DNA of 64,000 nt, taken from positions 1,408,001 to 1,472,000 of the forward strand of contig CAVRAY010000001.1 of the NCBI GenBank assembly GCA_963719225.1. Direction: 5' to 3'. Made by a program: the position numbers and the translations under genes. Below the pieces are notes generated by a model that ran no database searches, was not told where the DNA came from, and saw only the letters and a list, made by a program, of their open reading frames with translations. This document shows positions 46,453 through 58,118 of this stretch, one piece after another. Every line of letters begins with the position of its first letter. Position 1 is the stretch's first letter. The DNA comes from Thermoanaerobaculia bacterium. Its GTDB lineage: Bacteria > Acidobacteriota > Thermoanaerobaculia > UBA5066.

Positions 46453-48879
46453 ATGAGCGTCCTCGTGCCCGCCTTCCGCGAAAACGACAAGCTCTTCCAC
46501 AAGTTCAACCCCGACCTCGGGCCGGGACGCGTCGAGAAGGTGGACGGGCGTCGCATCGTCGTGTTCTTCCCGGCGGCCGAGACCCGCCTGACGCTCGCGG
46601 CCGACGACACGGCGCTGCGTCCGCTGCCTCTCGGCACCGGGCAGAAGGCGCGGCTCGAAGGCGAGGAGGGCGAAGTTCTGGTGTCCGCGATCGACGCGTC
46701 CGGCGTGCGCCTTTCGGACGGGCGCACGGTGGAGCCGGCGCTCCTGTGGCCGGTCGCGCCGCCGGACGATCCCGTCGAGCGGCTCGCGGCGCTCCAGACG
46801 GATCGCGCGGCCGCGTTCCGGAATCGGCTCGACGGCGTGCTTCTCGCCGAGACGCGGCAGGCGGCCGGGCTGGGCTCCTTCCTCGGCGGACGCATCGCGC
46901 TCTATCCGCACCAGCTCCACGTCGCCGAGCGCGCCGCGGCTTCCGATCCCGTCCGCTGGCTGCTCGCCGACGAAGTGGGCCTCGGCAAGACCATCGAAGC
47001 GTGCCTGATCCTTTCGCGCCTCCTGCGCGCGGACCGGGCCGATCGGGCCCTGGTCATTGCGCCCGCGACGCTCACGGTCCAGTGGCTCGGAGAGCTCTAT
47101 CGCAAGTTCCACCAGACGTTCGTCCTCCTCGACCGCAAGAGGCGCGAGGACGTCGTGAAAGAGCACGGCGAAGGCTTCAACCCCTTCGAAGCTCACCGCC
47201 ACGCGATCATCGCCCTCGAGGAGCTGGTGACGGACCCGCGGCTCTCCCCGCAGGCGGAGGCGGCCGGGTTCGAGCTTCTCGTCGTGGACGAAGCGCACCG
47301 CCTCGAACGCGCGCGGGGCGACGCCGGGAACGACGCGTACCGGGCGGTCGCGCCGCTCGCCCGCGCCGCGCGACACGTGCTGCTGCTCTCCGCGGCTCCG
47401 CTGGAGGCCGACACGCACGGCTTCTTCCGCCTGCTCGAGCTCCTCCGGCCGGACGCGTACACGTCCGAAGAGGAATTCCTCGCCGCTCTCGAACGCGGCG
47501 AGCCGCTGCCGCCGTGCACGAGCGCGACGCGGCGCGTGGACGTCGGCGGTTTCCAGCCTCGGGTGGCGGCGCCCGTCGACCTCGAGAGCGAGCTTCCCGG
47601 CGGCCTGACGGGCGACCTGAAAGACGGCGATCCGCGCGTCGCGTGGCTCTCGGAGCGGGACGAGGAATGGCGCGAGGCGGGGACCGCCAAGACGCTCGTC
47701 TTCGTCCACGAGCGCGAGACACTCTCGGCCCTCAAGGAGAGGCTCGAGTCCGCCACCCGCAAGCGCGTCGCGATTTTTCACGAGGAGCTCACCCCGGAGC
47801 GCGGCGACGTCGAAGTGGCCGAGTTCCGGCGGCCGGACGGCCCGTCCCTCCTGATCTCGACGGAAGCCGGCGGCGAGGGCCGCAACTTCGAGTTCTGCCG
47901 CCGGCTCGTCCTCTTCGACCTCCCGCGCGATCCGGCCGCCGTGGAGCAGCGTATCGGCCGCCTCGACCGGATCAACCGGACGACACCGGTGGAGATCGTC
48001 TACTTCCGTCCTCCGAGCGGTTTCGAGCGGGAGATCGCGGACCTCTACGAGCGCATCGGCCTCTTCACGTCGCCGCTCGGCGGCCTCGAACGCTCGCTCG
48101 CCGACGTCGAAGCCGCGATCCTGAAAGCCGAGCGGTTCGCCAGGGCCGGACAAGCTCTTCCGATCGACGCCCTGGCGGCCGAGGTGCGCGGCGCGGCCGA
48201 CGCGCGGCAGCGGGCCGTCTATCACCATCTCCACCAGGACGGTTACACGGTGGAACTCGCGCCGGAAATCCTCGCGCGCGTGCCGGCCGACCTCGACGCG
48301 CGGATGGAGCGCTTCGTCCTCGACGCCGCGGACCTCTACGGCTTCGAGACGCAGGAGCGCGCGGGGAAGCGCACGTGGTACGTGGAGTTCGGCGCGGACG
48401 CGCTCGTCGAGCACCTGCCCGGTGTGCCCGGAGGAACGCGATGGCTCGGAACGTTCGACCGCGGCGAGGCGGTGCTGAAGGAGGATCTCGACTTCTTCGC
48501 CTCGGGCCATGCGCTCGTGGAGGGGATCTTTCGCGAGCTTCAGGACGGCGCGAGCGGGCGCGTGGGCCTTCTCCTTCTCGACGAGGCGCACGCCACCGGA
48601 GCGGGCCTCCTTTTCGTCCTTCGGCACGGCGCGGGCGTCGAGGCGGTCGCCGTCGGATTCGACGGCTCGCCGCGTCCCGAATGGGCCGACCTGATCCTGA
48701 GGCGGCGCGCCGAAGCGCGCGGTCTGCGGCCGGAGGACTGGCTGGGCATCCTGAAGAAGGCCGCGGGCGGCCGAATTCCCGACTGGGGATCGCTCGTCCG
48801 CCGCCTCTCCCGCCGTGCCCTCGGAGCGCGAAAAGGCCGCCGGCTCGAGGCCGTCGCGGCATTCCGCCTCAAACGGTAG
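46453..48879 (+). CDS. rapA: RapA/HepA-like SNF2 ATPase
   Basis: LYPHQL, LLADEVGLGKT, VVDEAH, STEAGGEGRNFEF and EQRIGRLDRI motifs. Confidence 0.85.
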   Translation: MSVLVPAFRENDKLFHKFNPDLGPGRVEKVDGRRIVVFFPAAETRLTLAADDTALRPLPLGTGQKARLEGEEGEVLVSAIDASGVRLSDGRTVEPALLWPVAPPDDPVERLAALQTDRAAAFRNRLDGVLLAETRQAAGLGSFLGGRIALYPHQLHVAERAAASDPVRWLLADEVGLGKTIEACLILSRLLRADRADRALVIAPATLTVQWLGELYRKFHQTFVLLDRKRREDVVKEHGEGFNPFEAHRHAIIALEELVTDPRLSPQAEAAGFELLVVDEAHRLERARGDAGNDAYRAVAPLARAARHVLLLSAAPLEADTHGFFRLLELLRPDAYTSEEEFLAALERGEPLPPCTSATRRVDVGGFQPRVAAPVDLESELPGGLTGDLKDGDPRVAWLSERDEEWREAGTAKTLVFVHERETLSALKERLESATRKRVAIFHEELTPERGDVEVAEFRRPDGPSLLISTEAGGEGRNFEFCRRLVLFDLPRDPAAVEQRIGRLDRINRTTPVEIVYFRPPSGFEREIADLYERIGLFTSPLGGLERSLADVEAAILKAERFARAGQALPIDALAAEVRGAADARQRAVYHHLHQDGYTVELAPEILARVPADLDARMERFVLDAADLYGFETQERAGKRTWYVEFGADALVEHLPGVPGGTRWLGTFDRGEAVLKEDLDFFASGHALVEGIFRELQDGASGRVGLLLLDEAHATGAGLLFVLRHGAGVEAVAVGFDGSPRPEWADLILRRRAEARGLRPEDWLGILKKAAGGRIPDWGSLVRRLSRRALGARKGRRLEAVAAFRLKR

Positions 48880-48937
48880 AAGTTTGCCGGCCGGGAACCT
48901 TCCCGCGTCCCCGGGGTCATAGACTCGCGGAGGAATC

Positions 48938-51900
48938 ATGAAGATCGCTCCCCGGCGCCTCTCGTTCTTCGGCCTCGGCGCAGCGGCTCTCGCGGCCGCC
49001 GGCGCGATCGCTCTGGCCCGTCCGTTCTCCGAAGGCGCCCGCGCGACCGGGGGCGCCGCCACGTGGAAGGAAGTCGAGCGCCTCGTCTCGGAGCAGAAGC
49101 TCGAGGAGGCCTCGCAGCGCGTCGCGAAGATCCGCGAGGCGGCCCGGGCGGCCGGCGACGAGGAGAACGAGGCGAAGGCTCTCGTCCGCGAGGTCCAGCT
49201 CCGCACCGCGCTGCACGGGTACGAGACGTCGGTCCGCTTTCTCAAGGACCAGCCGTGGCCGAAAGGCCTCCTGCCGCGAACGGCGCTCCGCCTCTTCTAC
49301 GCCCAGTCCCTCGTGACGTACTCCCGCGCCTATGCGTGGGAGATCGGCCAGCGCGAAAAGGTCGCGTCGACCGGCGCGGTCGACCTCAAGGCGTGGACGC
49401 GCGAGGAAATCGTGTCCGAGGCCGTCCGCACCTACGTGGAGGTCTTCCGCGATCGGGAGAGCCTCGGAAACGCCAAGGTCGCCGCGCTCGACGAATACCT
49501 CGTGCCGAACAGCTATCCGAAGGGAATTCGCGACACGCTGCGGGATGCCACGGCGTACCTCTTCGTCGCCCTCCTTTCCGATTCGACTTTCTGGCGGCCC
49601 GAGCAATCGAACGGAGTCTTCGCGCTCGATCGCGAGTCGCTCGTCGCAGGCGATCCGTCCGCCTCGCGGCTCGTGGCGCTCGAGAACCCCGCGGTCCATC
49701 CGCTCGTCAAGCTCGGCGCCGTCCTCGACGACCTCGAGTCGTGGCACGCGGGACGCGGCGAGCGCGAGGCCGCGCTCGAGGCACGGCTCGAGCGCGTCCG
49801 GCGCCTACACACGGCGCTGACGGACGCCTCCGACCGCTCGCTCATCCGGCGCGATCTCGGCCGGCGGCTCGTCGACGTCGCGGACGTGCCCTGGTGGGCG
49901 ATGGGAAAGGCCGAGCTCGCGGAGCTCGTGAAGGCCGAGGACAAGCCGGGCAACTTCGTCAAGGCGCGCTCCCTCGCTCTCGAGGGAGCCAAGAAATATC
50001 CGCGGTCCACGGGAGGCGAGCGCTGCCGCGCGATCGTGGGCGAGATCGAGCAGCCGGACTACCGGCTCCTCGCAATGGCGGCGGACGGCCCGGGCCGGCG
50101 CTCGATCGAGGTGACCCACCGCAACCTCGCCGCCCTCCATTTCCGCGCGTACGCCGTCGACCTCGAAGACCGGCTCGGCCGCGCGCGGGATTACAACCTC
50201 CTGCCCCAGGGCAAGGAGCTGGACGCCCTCGTCGCGAAAGCGTCCCCTTCGGCGGCGTTCCACGCCGATCTGCCCGCCACGCCGGATTTCAGGCTGCACC
50301 GCACGTTCGTGACGCCGCCGGCGCTCTCGCGCGGGTTCTACGTGATCGTGGCGTCTCCCAGGGCCGACTTCTCGACCGGGCAGAACCCGCTGCGCGCGGT
50401 CGGCACGCTCGTGACGGATCTCGTCCTGGACATCCGCCAGACGGACGACGGCGGCGTCGAGGCGCGCGCCGTCTCCGGGACGACGGGCCGACCCGCGGGG
50501 GGCGCTGCCGTCGCGCTCTGGCGCTACGACTGGCAATCCGGGCATACGCGCGTCGCGACGGCCCACACCTCCGCGGAAGGCCTCGCGGTCTTCAGCCCGG
50601 CCGCCGACCGGAACGGCAAATCGCACTTCCTCTTCGCGCGGCGCGGCGACGACCTCGCGCTCGACCCGACCTTCCTCGGCTTCTGGAGCCGGTCGGCGCC
50701 CACGGAGACGTCCTCGGCCCTCGTCTACACGGACCGCAGCATCTACCGGCCGCTCCAGAAGGTGCTCTGGAAGGCGGTCGTCTTCAGCGGCCGAGCCGAC
50801 CTCGCGCGATGGCGCGTCGTGCCGCAGACGCCGGTGACGCTGACGCTCGTAGACGCGAACGGGCAGGCCGTGGAGTCCAAGACCATCTCGTCGAACGCGT
50901 ACGGCTCGGCGGCGGGGGAGTTCACGATTCCCGCCGGGCGCGCGCTCGGCGCCTGGAGCCTGCGGTGCGCGACCGGAGGCGCGGCGGCCTCGATCCGCGT
51001 GGAGGAGTACAAGCGGCCGACGTTCGAGACGACGCTCGACGTCCCGAAGGACCCGCTGCGCCTCAACCGCCCGGCGACGTTCCGCGGCGGATCGAAATAC
51101 TACTTCGGGCTGCCCGTCACGAACGGAAGCGTGGCCTGGCGCGTGACGCGCGAGGCCGAATATCCCTGGTGGTGGTGGGGCTGGTGGGGAGGCTCGCGTC
51201 CGGCAGGCGCCGAAACCGTCGCGACCGGCAAGGCGTCGCTCGCCCAGGACGGGACCTTCGCCGTCACGTTCACGCCGAAAGCGGACGAGCGCGCCGGCAA
51301 GGACGTGACGTATCGCTATCGCCTCTCGGCGGACGTGACCGACGAGGGCGGCGAGACGCGCTCGGCCGATCGCTCGTTCCGCCTCGGGTTCGTGAGCGTG
51401 AGAGCAAGAGTAGAGAGAGAGAAGAATTTTTTCTTGGAAGGGAAGAGGGGCGAGGGCACGATCGTCAGGACCGATCTGGACGGAGCGCCTCGTCCGGGCA
51501 AGGGAAGCTGGCGGCTGCTCCGCCTCGTGTCGCCCGAGAAGACCCTGCTCCCGGCCGAATTCCCTTCCAAGAAATCCGAAATCGCCGATGGGCCTGGAGA
51601 GGCTGGCGCCGCCCAGAACGCAGCGGACCCTGCGAGAGGGAGCAAAGAATTTCTGACTCCCGGCGATCTGCTCCGCCCGCGCTGGTCGACCGAGTATTCC
51701 GTCGACCAGTGGCTGCGCGCGTGGAAGGACGGAGCCCAGGCGGCGTCCGGTGCCTTGACGCACGACGCGAAGGGCGAGGCGAAGCTCGAGCTGCCGGGCC
51801 TGCCCGCGGGCGCCTACCGGCTGCGCTACGCGACGGTCGACGACTTCGGTGCGCCGTACGAGATGGCCCAGGACTTTCTCGTCGCGGGCTCGAGCGCGGC

Positions 51901-54900
51901 CCCCGCGCTGCCCCTCGTCCTCCTCGCCGAGTTCTCCTCCGTGAAGGTGGGCGGCGTCGCCCGCTTTCACCTCGCGTCGGGAATCAAGGGACAGGTTCTG
52001 TATCTCGACGTCTCCCGCGCGGGCAAGCTCGTCGAGCGCCGCATCCTCCGTGCGGGCACGGACGCCACTCTCATCGAGCGGACGATCACGGAGGAGGACC
52101 GGGGCGGCTTCGGGCTCACCTTGACGGCCGTGCGCGACCACCAGTTCCTCCAGCAGACGCAGAGCATCTTCGTGCCCTGGGACGACCGGGAATTGAAGGT
52201 CACGTTCGCGACGTTCCGCGACCGCCTTCGGCCCGGGCAGACGGAGACCTGGCGCGTCACCGTGAAGGGCGCGACGAAAGAGCACCCGCTCGCGGAGACA
52301 GCCGAGCTCCTCGCGTACATGTACGATCGCAGCCTCGACGTCTTCGCGCCGCACCGGCCGCCGAGCCCGCTTCACGTCCTCCCGAACCGCGCGAACCCCG
52401 TGACGTGGCGCGCGACTCTCGGCGCCGCCCAGCCGCTGTGGCTCACGAGCGGCGGCTTTCCGCCTCCGCCCTCGTGGGGCGGCCTCACCGTGGACCACCT
52501 GAAGTTCGAAGACGGATACGGCATCGGAGGCCCCGGCCGGCGTGGTGGCGTCGCGGGAAGGATGGCCCAAAACCAGGCCTATCCCGCCTCGGCGCCGATG
52601 GAGATGAAGGCGGCGACGGTCGCGGAGTCGCGGAGTGAGGTGGGCAACCTTCGCGCGAAGGACGAAGAGAAGGCGGTCGATTCTCTTTCTAAGAAGAAAG
52701 ACGCCGAGAGGGATCGCGAAGACTCAGCAGGCGCCGCACCGCCTGCAACCCTCCGAAGCAACTTCTCCGAGACGGCCTTCTGGCAGCCGCACCTCCTGAC
52801 GGGCGCAGACGGATCGGCCACGATCTCGTTCACGGTGCCGGATTCCGTGACGTCGTGGAACGTCTTCGTCCACGCCGTCACGAGGAGCCTGCGCGGCGGC
52901 TCGACGGAAAAGGAGACGCGGACGGTGAAGGACCTCATGGTCCGCCCGTATGTCCCGCGCTTCCTGCGCGAAGGCGACAAGGCTTCGATCAAGGTGGTCG
53001 TGAACAACGCCTCCGACAAGCCGCTCTCCGGGACGCTCGTGCTCGAGATCCTCGACCCGGACCGCAACACGAGCCTGAACGAGGCTTTCGGCGTCGGCGA
53101 TGGGGACGCGCAGAAGGCGTTCACCGTGAAGCCGGGCGGCGGAACGAACCTGACGTTCCCGGTGACGGCCCCGAGGGGGCTCCGAAACGCCGCGTTCAAG
53201 GTCACGGCGACCGCAGGCGACGTCTCCGACGGCGAGCTGCGACCCGTGCCGGTGCTGCCGGGCCGGATGCATCTCGTCCAGTCCCGGTTCGTCACGCTCA
53301 AGAACAAGGACAGGAAGACTCTTCGGTTCGACGACCTCGCGAGGAACGACGATCCGACGCTCCTGAACGAGCAGATGGTCGTCACGGTGGACGCGCAGCT
53401 CTTCTACACGGTGCTCCAGGCTCTTCCGTATCTCGTGAACTACCCGTACGAGTGCACGGAGCAGACGCTGAACCGCTTCGTGTCTACGGGCATCGTTTCC
53501 AGCGTCTACAAGGACTACCCGGCCGTCGCGAAGATGGCGGCCGAGATGTCGAAGAGGACGACGCCTGTCGAGAGCTGGGACGCCATGGATCCGAACCGGA
53601 AGATGGCGCTCGAGGAGACACCCTGGCTCGTGACGGCGCGCGGCGGCCGGACGGACATCGAGTCGATCAACGTCCTCGATCCGCGTGTCGCGCAGGCGAA
53701 CCGTGAATCGGCGCTCGCGCGCCTGCGCAAGGCGCAGACGTCCGTCGGCGGCTTTCCGTGGTTCCCGGGCGGCCCGCCGTCTCCCTACATGACGCTCTAC
53801 ATCCTTCACGGCTTCGCGAAGGCCGCGGAGTTCGGCGTGGACGTGCCGAAGGACATGACCCAGCGCGCGTTCGCCTACGTGGGCGAGCACTACCGGACGG
53901 AATGGAAGCGCTGCATGGCGCTGAACGGATGCTGGGAGTTCATCACATTCCTGAACTACGTCGTCTCGGCGTACCCCGACGCGTCCTTCTCGAACGGCGT
54001 CATCACGGAGGCCGAGCGCCGGGAGATGCTCGACTACTCGTTCAAGCACTGGAAACAGCACGCGCCCTATCTGAAAGGGTACCTCGCGCTGACGCTGAAG
54101 CGGATGGGCCGTCCGGCGGACGCCGGCCTCGTGTGGGCATCCGTGATGGACTCGGCGAAGACGAACGACGAGCAGGGCACGTTCTGGGCTCCCGAGGACC
54201 GCTCGTGGCTCTGGTACAACGACACGATCGAGACGCACGCATTCGCGCTGCGCACGCTCCTCGAGCTGGATCCCCGGAATTCGAAGATGGAAGGCCTCGT
54301 CCAGTGGCTGCTCCTGAACAAGAAGCTGAACCAGTGGAAATCGACGCGGGCGACGGCCGAGGTCATCTATTCGCTCGTCCACTACCTGAAGCGGGAAGGC
54401 GCGCTCGGCGTCCCGGAAGACGCCACGGTCACCGTGGGCACGCAGAAGGTCACGTTCACGTTCGACCCGGCCACGTACACGGGCAAGAACAATCGCGTCG
54501 TCGTGCCCGGCGACAAGATCGACCCGAAGACGACGTCCACGGTCGTCGTCGAGAAGGAAAGCAAGGGCTTCGCGTTCGCCTCCGCGGCGTGGCATTACTC
54601 CACGGAAAAGCTCCCGGCCGAGGATCGCGGCGACTTCTTCTCGGTCTCGCGGAAGTACTTCCGGCGCGCCACGAACGGGCGAGAGTTCGTCCTGACGCCG
54701 CTCGCGGAAGGAGCGGTGCTGAAGCCGGGAGACGAAATCGAGGTGCAGATCTCCCTCCGGACCAAGCACGAAGCCGAGTACGTTCACCTCAGGGATCCCC
54801 GTGCAGCAGGTCTCGAACCCGAGAACGCGGTCTCGCGCTGGAAGAGGGACCTCGGGATCGCCTGGTACGAGGAGACTCGCGACTCGGCCACGAACTTCTT

Positions 54901-55060
54901 CTTCGAGCGTCTGCCGGTGGGGCAGTACACGTTCAAGTACCGGCTGCGCGCGAACATGGCCGGCACGTTCCGCGTGGGACCCGCGACGGTGCAATCGATG
55001 TACGCGCCGGAGTTCAACGCCTTCTCCGCCGGAGCGATCCTCGTCGTCTCCGGAGACTGA
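48938..55060 (+). CDS. Bacterial alpha-2-macroglobulin family protein
   Basis: TDRSIYRP, VEEYKRP, LRSNFSETAFW, PRFLREGD, thioester PYECTEQ and MYAPE motifs; 2040 aa. Confidence 0.95.
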   Translation: MKIAPRRLSFFGLGAAALAAAGAIALARPFSEGARATGGAATWKEVERLVSEQKLEEASQRVAKIREAARAAGDEENEAKALVREVQLRTALHGYETSVRFLKDQPWPKGLLPRTALRLFYAQSLVTYSRAYAWEIGQREKVASTGAVDLKAWTREEIVSEAVRTYVEVFRDRESLGNAKVAALDEYLVPNSYPKGIRDTLRDATAYLFVALLSDSTFWRPEQSNGVFALDRESLVAGDPSASRLVALENPAVHPLVKLGAVLDDLESWHAGRGEREAALEARLERVRRLHTALTDASDRSLIRRDLGRRLVDVADVPWWAMGKAELAELVKAEDKPGNFVKARSLALEGAKKYPRSTGGERCRAIVGEIEQPDYRLLAMAADGPGRRSIEVTHRNLAALHFRAYAVDLEDRLGRARDYNLLPQGKELDALVAKASPSAAFHADLPATPDFRLHRTFVTPPALSRGFYVIVASPRADFSTGQNPLRAVGTLVTDLVLDIRQTDDGGVEARAVSGTTGRPAGGAAVALWRYDWQSGHTRVATAHTSAEGLAVFSPAADRNGKSHFLFARRGDDLALDPTFLGFWSRSAPTETSSALVYTDRSIYRPLQKVLWKAVVFSGRADLARWRVVPQTPVTLTLVDANGQAVESKTISSNAYGSAAGEFTIPAGRALGAWSLRCATGGAAASIRVEEYKRPTFETTLDVPKDPLRLNRPATFRGGSKYYFGLPVTNGSVAWRVTREAEYPWWWWGWWGGSRPAGAETVATGKASLAQDGTFAVTFTPKADERAGKDVTYRYRLSADVTDEGGETRSADRSFRLGFVSVRARVEREKNFFLEGKRGEGTIVRTDLDGAPRPGKGSWRLLRLVSPEKTLLPAEFPSKKSEIADGPGEAGAAQNAADPARGSKEFLTPGDLLRPRWSTEYSVDQWLRAWKDGAQAASGALTHDAKGEAKLELPGLPAGAYRLRYATVDDFGAPYEMAQDFLVAGSSAAPALPLVLLAEFSSVKVGGVARFHLASGIKGQVLYLDVSRAGKLVERRILRAGTDATLIERTITEEDRGGFGLTLTAVRDHQFLQQTQSIFVPWDDRELKVTFATFRDRLRPGQTETWRVTVKGATKEHPLAETAELLAYMYDRSLDVFAPHRPPSPLHVLPNRANPVTWRATLGAAQPLWLTSGGFPPPPSWGGLTVDHLKFEDGYGIGGPGRRGGVAGRMAQNQAYPASAPMEMKAATVAESRSEVGNLRAKDEEKAVDSLSKKKDAERDREDSAGAAPPATLRSNFSETAFWQPHLLTGADGSATISFTVPDSVTSWNVFVHAVTRSLRGGSTEKETRTVKDLMVRPYVPRFLREGDKASIKVVVNNASDKPLSGTLVLEILDPDRNTSLNEAFGVGDGDAQKAFTVKPGGGTNLTFPVTAPRGLRNAAFKVTATAGDVSDGELRPVPVLPGRMHLVQSRFVTLKNKDRKTLRFDDLARNDDPTLLNEQMVVTVDAQLFYTVLQALPYLVNYPYECTEQTLNRFVSTGIVSSVYKDYPAVAKMAAEMSKRTTPVESWDAMDPNRKMALEETPWLVTARGGRTDIESINVLDPRVAQANRESALARLRKAQTSVGGFPWFPGGPPSPYMTLYILHGFAKAAEFGVDVPKDMTQRAFAYVGEHYRTEWKRCMALNGCWEFITFLNYVVSAYPDASFSNGVITEAERREMLDYSFKHWKQHAPYLKGYLALTLKRMGRPADAGLVWASVMDSAKTNDEQGTFWAPEDRSWLWYNDTIETHAFALRTLLELDPRNSKMEGLVQWLLLNKKLNQWKSTRATAEVIYSLVHYLKREGALGVPEDATVTVGTQKVTFTFDPATYTGKNNRVVVPGDKIDPKTTSTVVVEKESKGFAFASAAWHYSTEKLPAEDRGDFFSVSRKYFRRATNGREFVLTPLAEGAVLKPGDEIEVQISLRTKHEAEYVHLRDPRAAGLEPENAVSRWKRDLGIAWYEETRDSATNFFFERLPVGQYTFKYRLRANMAGTFRVGPATVQSMYAPEFNAFSAGAILVVSGD

Positions 55061-55092
55061 GTCTCGGGAATCCCGGGCTATGATTCCGGCGC

Positions 55093-57915
55093 GTGCCCGA
55101 ACCCTCGCCTCGGCCCGGCTCCCGCGCTCCGGGTGCGATCGCGTGGATCGTGCTCGCGCTCGGAATCTCCCTGACAGGCTATTTGTATCTCGAGTCACAC
55201 CGCCAGGCGGATGCGCGCGTCGAGGGCCGGCTGCAGCGGGCGGCCGCACGGATCCAGCGGTCTCTCCTGGCCCGTAGCGAAGCCAGCGAGAACCTCCTGC
55301 GCGCGGCGGCGGGCTTGTTCGTCGGAAGCGAGGCCGTGACCCAAGCCGAGTTCCGGATGTTCACCCAGGAGCTCGACTTCAAGCGGCGCGACGCGAGCGT
55401 GGAGTCCCTCGCGTTCCTCGGGGCTTCCGAATTCGGCTCTCCCGGCTTGGGCGCGGGTGCAACTCCTGCCAGCCGCAGGGCTCTCGAGGAATCCCGGGAT
55501 CTGGGCCTGATGCGAGTCGGGACGGTCGCGGTTTCTCCGACCGACCCACGCGCCGGGTCCGCGCTCGCCTTCCAGTACCCGATCTACGCGAGAGGAGCTC
55601 CCCGGGAGTACGTGACTGAACGGCGACAAGCATTGCAGGGTTGGGTTTCTCTCGTGGTGCTCCTTCGCCCGCTCATGTCGGAGGTGCTTCGGGAGGAAGA
55701 TCCCAACCTCATCGTGGAGCTCGACGACGTCGAGACCCCGGGCGCAGCGTCTCTCCTCTATTCCTCGGGCGCCGCAGCCGGTCCAGGCGTGGAGAAACGC
55801 CTTCGGCAAAAGGCGGTTGCCCTGGTGCTCGCAGGGCACCGGTTCAATCTCGTGTTCACGCCGGGTCCCGGCTTCGCACCCGACGGACCGAGCAAACGGT
55901 CATGGCTGCCGGCCGGGCCTTTCGCGATCCTGGGCGCCGGCCTGCTCGTGAGCGCGCTCCTGTTCGGCATCGTCTGGTCGCTCGCCTCCGCGCATGCCCG
56001 GGCCATCTCCATCGCGCGGGGCGTGACGGCCTCGCTCCGGGCCTCGGAGCAGCGCTATGAACGTCTCTTCGAGCAGAGCCTCGCCGGGATCTACCGCACG
56101 ACGCCCGAAGGCCAGATCCTCGAATGCAACGAGGCGTTCGCGCGCCTCTTCGGCTACGAATCGCGGCGGGACCTCCTCGATCATTCCGCCATCGCCCTCC
56201 ACGAGAGCCCGGATTCCCGGCAGCGATTCCTCGCGGCGCTGAGGGAAAAGGGAACGGTCGTCGCGCATGAGACGCGGGCCCGCCGAAAGGATGGAAGCCT
56301 GTTCTGGACGCTCGAGCATGCGTCTCTTCTCGCTGGGTCCTCCGGAAGTCATCGAAGGGACGATCGTGGACATCACGGAGCGCAAGGAGGCCGAGGAGGC
56401 GCTGCGGCTGTCGCGCGAGCGGTATCGAAGCGTCATCGAGTCGTCGCGAGACGGCCTTTTCTTCTTCGATCTCGCGACGCGGCGGGTTCTCGAGTCGAAT
56501 CCGGCATTTCAGCGCTTGCTCGGTTACTCAGCCGAAGAGCTGTCGGCACTGACCCTTTACGACTTCTCGCATCCGGATCGCGCCTCCGTCGACGCGAACA
56601 TCCACCGGCTCGCCGATCAGGGGAGGCTGACGATCCCGAATCGCGCCTTTCGGCGAAAGGACGGCACGGAGGTCAACGTCGAGATCGACGCAGTGCTCCT
56701 CGAGGAAGTAGGGGCGCCGGACCGTTCTCAACGTCGTGCACAATCTGGCCGGTCGGCAAGAGCTGGAGGAGCAGCTCCGGCAGGCCCAGAAGATGGAGGC
56801 GGTCGGACGGCTCGCGGGCGGCGTCGCTCACGACTTCAACAATCTCCTGACGGCCGTCCTCGGTTACGCCGAGCTCCTCCTCGACTCGGATCCCTCGCCG
56901 GACGTGAAACACAGCGCGGACGAGATCCGAAAGGCGGGAGAGCGCGCCGCCGCGCTGACGAAGCAGCTTCTCGCCTTCAGCCGCAAGCAGGTGCTCCAGC
57001 CGAAGGTCCTCGACGTGAACGAGGTGCTTGGCGAGGTCGACAGCCCTCCTGCGGCGCACGCTCGGCGAGGACGTGACGTACGAGACCGAGCGCGACCCGA
57101 GCCTCTGGCGCGTTCTGGCGGATCCGGTCCAGCTTCAGCAGGTGCTCCTCAACCTCGCGGTGAACGCCCGCGACGCGATGCCCGAGGGCGGCGTTCTCAG
57201 GATCGCGACGCGGAACGTGTCGCTTCGCTCCACGGACCTCCAGGAGGTTCCGAACGTCGCCGAGGGGGACTACGTGCTGCTCGAAGTTGCCGACACAGGG
57301 CACGGCATGGATGCGGAAACGAAGTCGCACGTCTTCGAGCCCTTCTTCACGACGAAGGAGAAAGGCAAAGGCACGGGCCTCGGACTTTCCACGGTGTACG
57401 GGATCGTGAAGCAGAGCGGCGGCTACATCCACATCGAGAGCGCGCCCGGGAAAGGGACGCGCGTGCTCGTCTACCTGACGCGCGTTCACGGCACCGCGGA
57501 CTCACCTTCGAACGTGACGCCGCGGTCCCTGCCGCGCGGGGGAACGGAGACGATCCTGCTCGTCGAGGACGAGGACTCCGTGCGCCGCCTCGCTTCCCTC
57601 CTGCTCGAGCGGAGCGGCTACCGCCTGCTCGTCGCCTCGAGCGCTGAGGAGGCGCTCGAGACGGCGCGCGCGCACGCGGGGCCGATCGAATTGCTCCTCA
57701 CCGACGTCGTCCTGCCGGGCATGAACGGCAGGCGTCTCGCGGACCTGCTGACGCCCGAGCGCCCGTCGATGAAGGTCGTCTTCGCGTCGGGCTACTTCGA
57801 CGAGCGCGGCATCCTGGAGCCGGGGAGCGACTTCATCCAGAAGCCTTTCAATCCCGAGACGCTCGCGCGGGCCGTCCGACGCGCGCTCGACCGCAAGGGC
57901 CCATCGCCGTCCTGA
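55093..57915 (+). CDS. Hybrid sensor histidine kinase (CHASE-like, two PAS, HisKA, HATPase, REC), three frameshifts near 56340, 56720 and 57040
   Basis: [45 protein letters not shown] and TDVVLP...KPF across four consecutive ORFs. Confidence 0.88.
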
Positions 57916-58118
57916 CCGCCGTGCCGATGTGCCCGCTTCTTCTGAAAGCTGGCGGCGGCGAGGAGGAGGCCGTCGCGGTCGATCGCGGCGAGGGCGTCGC
58001 TCTCGGCGGGGGAGAGGCCGGCCGCCAGCGCACGGCCCGGCGGATCCTCCAGGAAGAGCGCGCGTTCGCCGTCGTCCGTGTAGAGGCGCGCCAGGTAGCC
58101 TTCGAAGGCGGGGCTCAC
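57792..58118 (-). CDS. Small helical partner protein downstream of DUF692
   Basis: YLARLYTD...FLEDP...AGLSPAE..AL..ID; overlaps the DUF692 stop; 3' end uncertain. Confidence 0.6.
   Translation of the reverse strand: MSPAFEGYLARLYTDDGERALFLEDPPGRALAAGLSPAESDALAAIDRDGLLLAAASFQKKRAHRHGGQDGDGPLRSSARRTARASVSGLKGFWMKSLPGSRMPRSSK

Noticed and set aside
46218-55249. Long alternative-frame ORFs (for example 46414-49245, 49063-52638, 49805-52570, 52724-55249)
   Set aside because: Arg/Ala/Pro-rich shadow frames of RapA and A2M, as expected in high-GC DNA; no motifs. The same applies to shadow ORFs over rhs.
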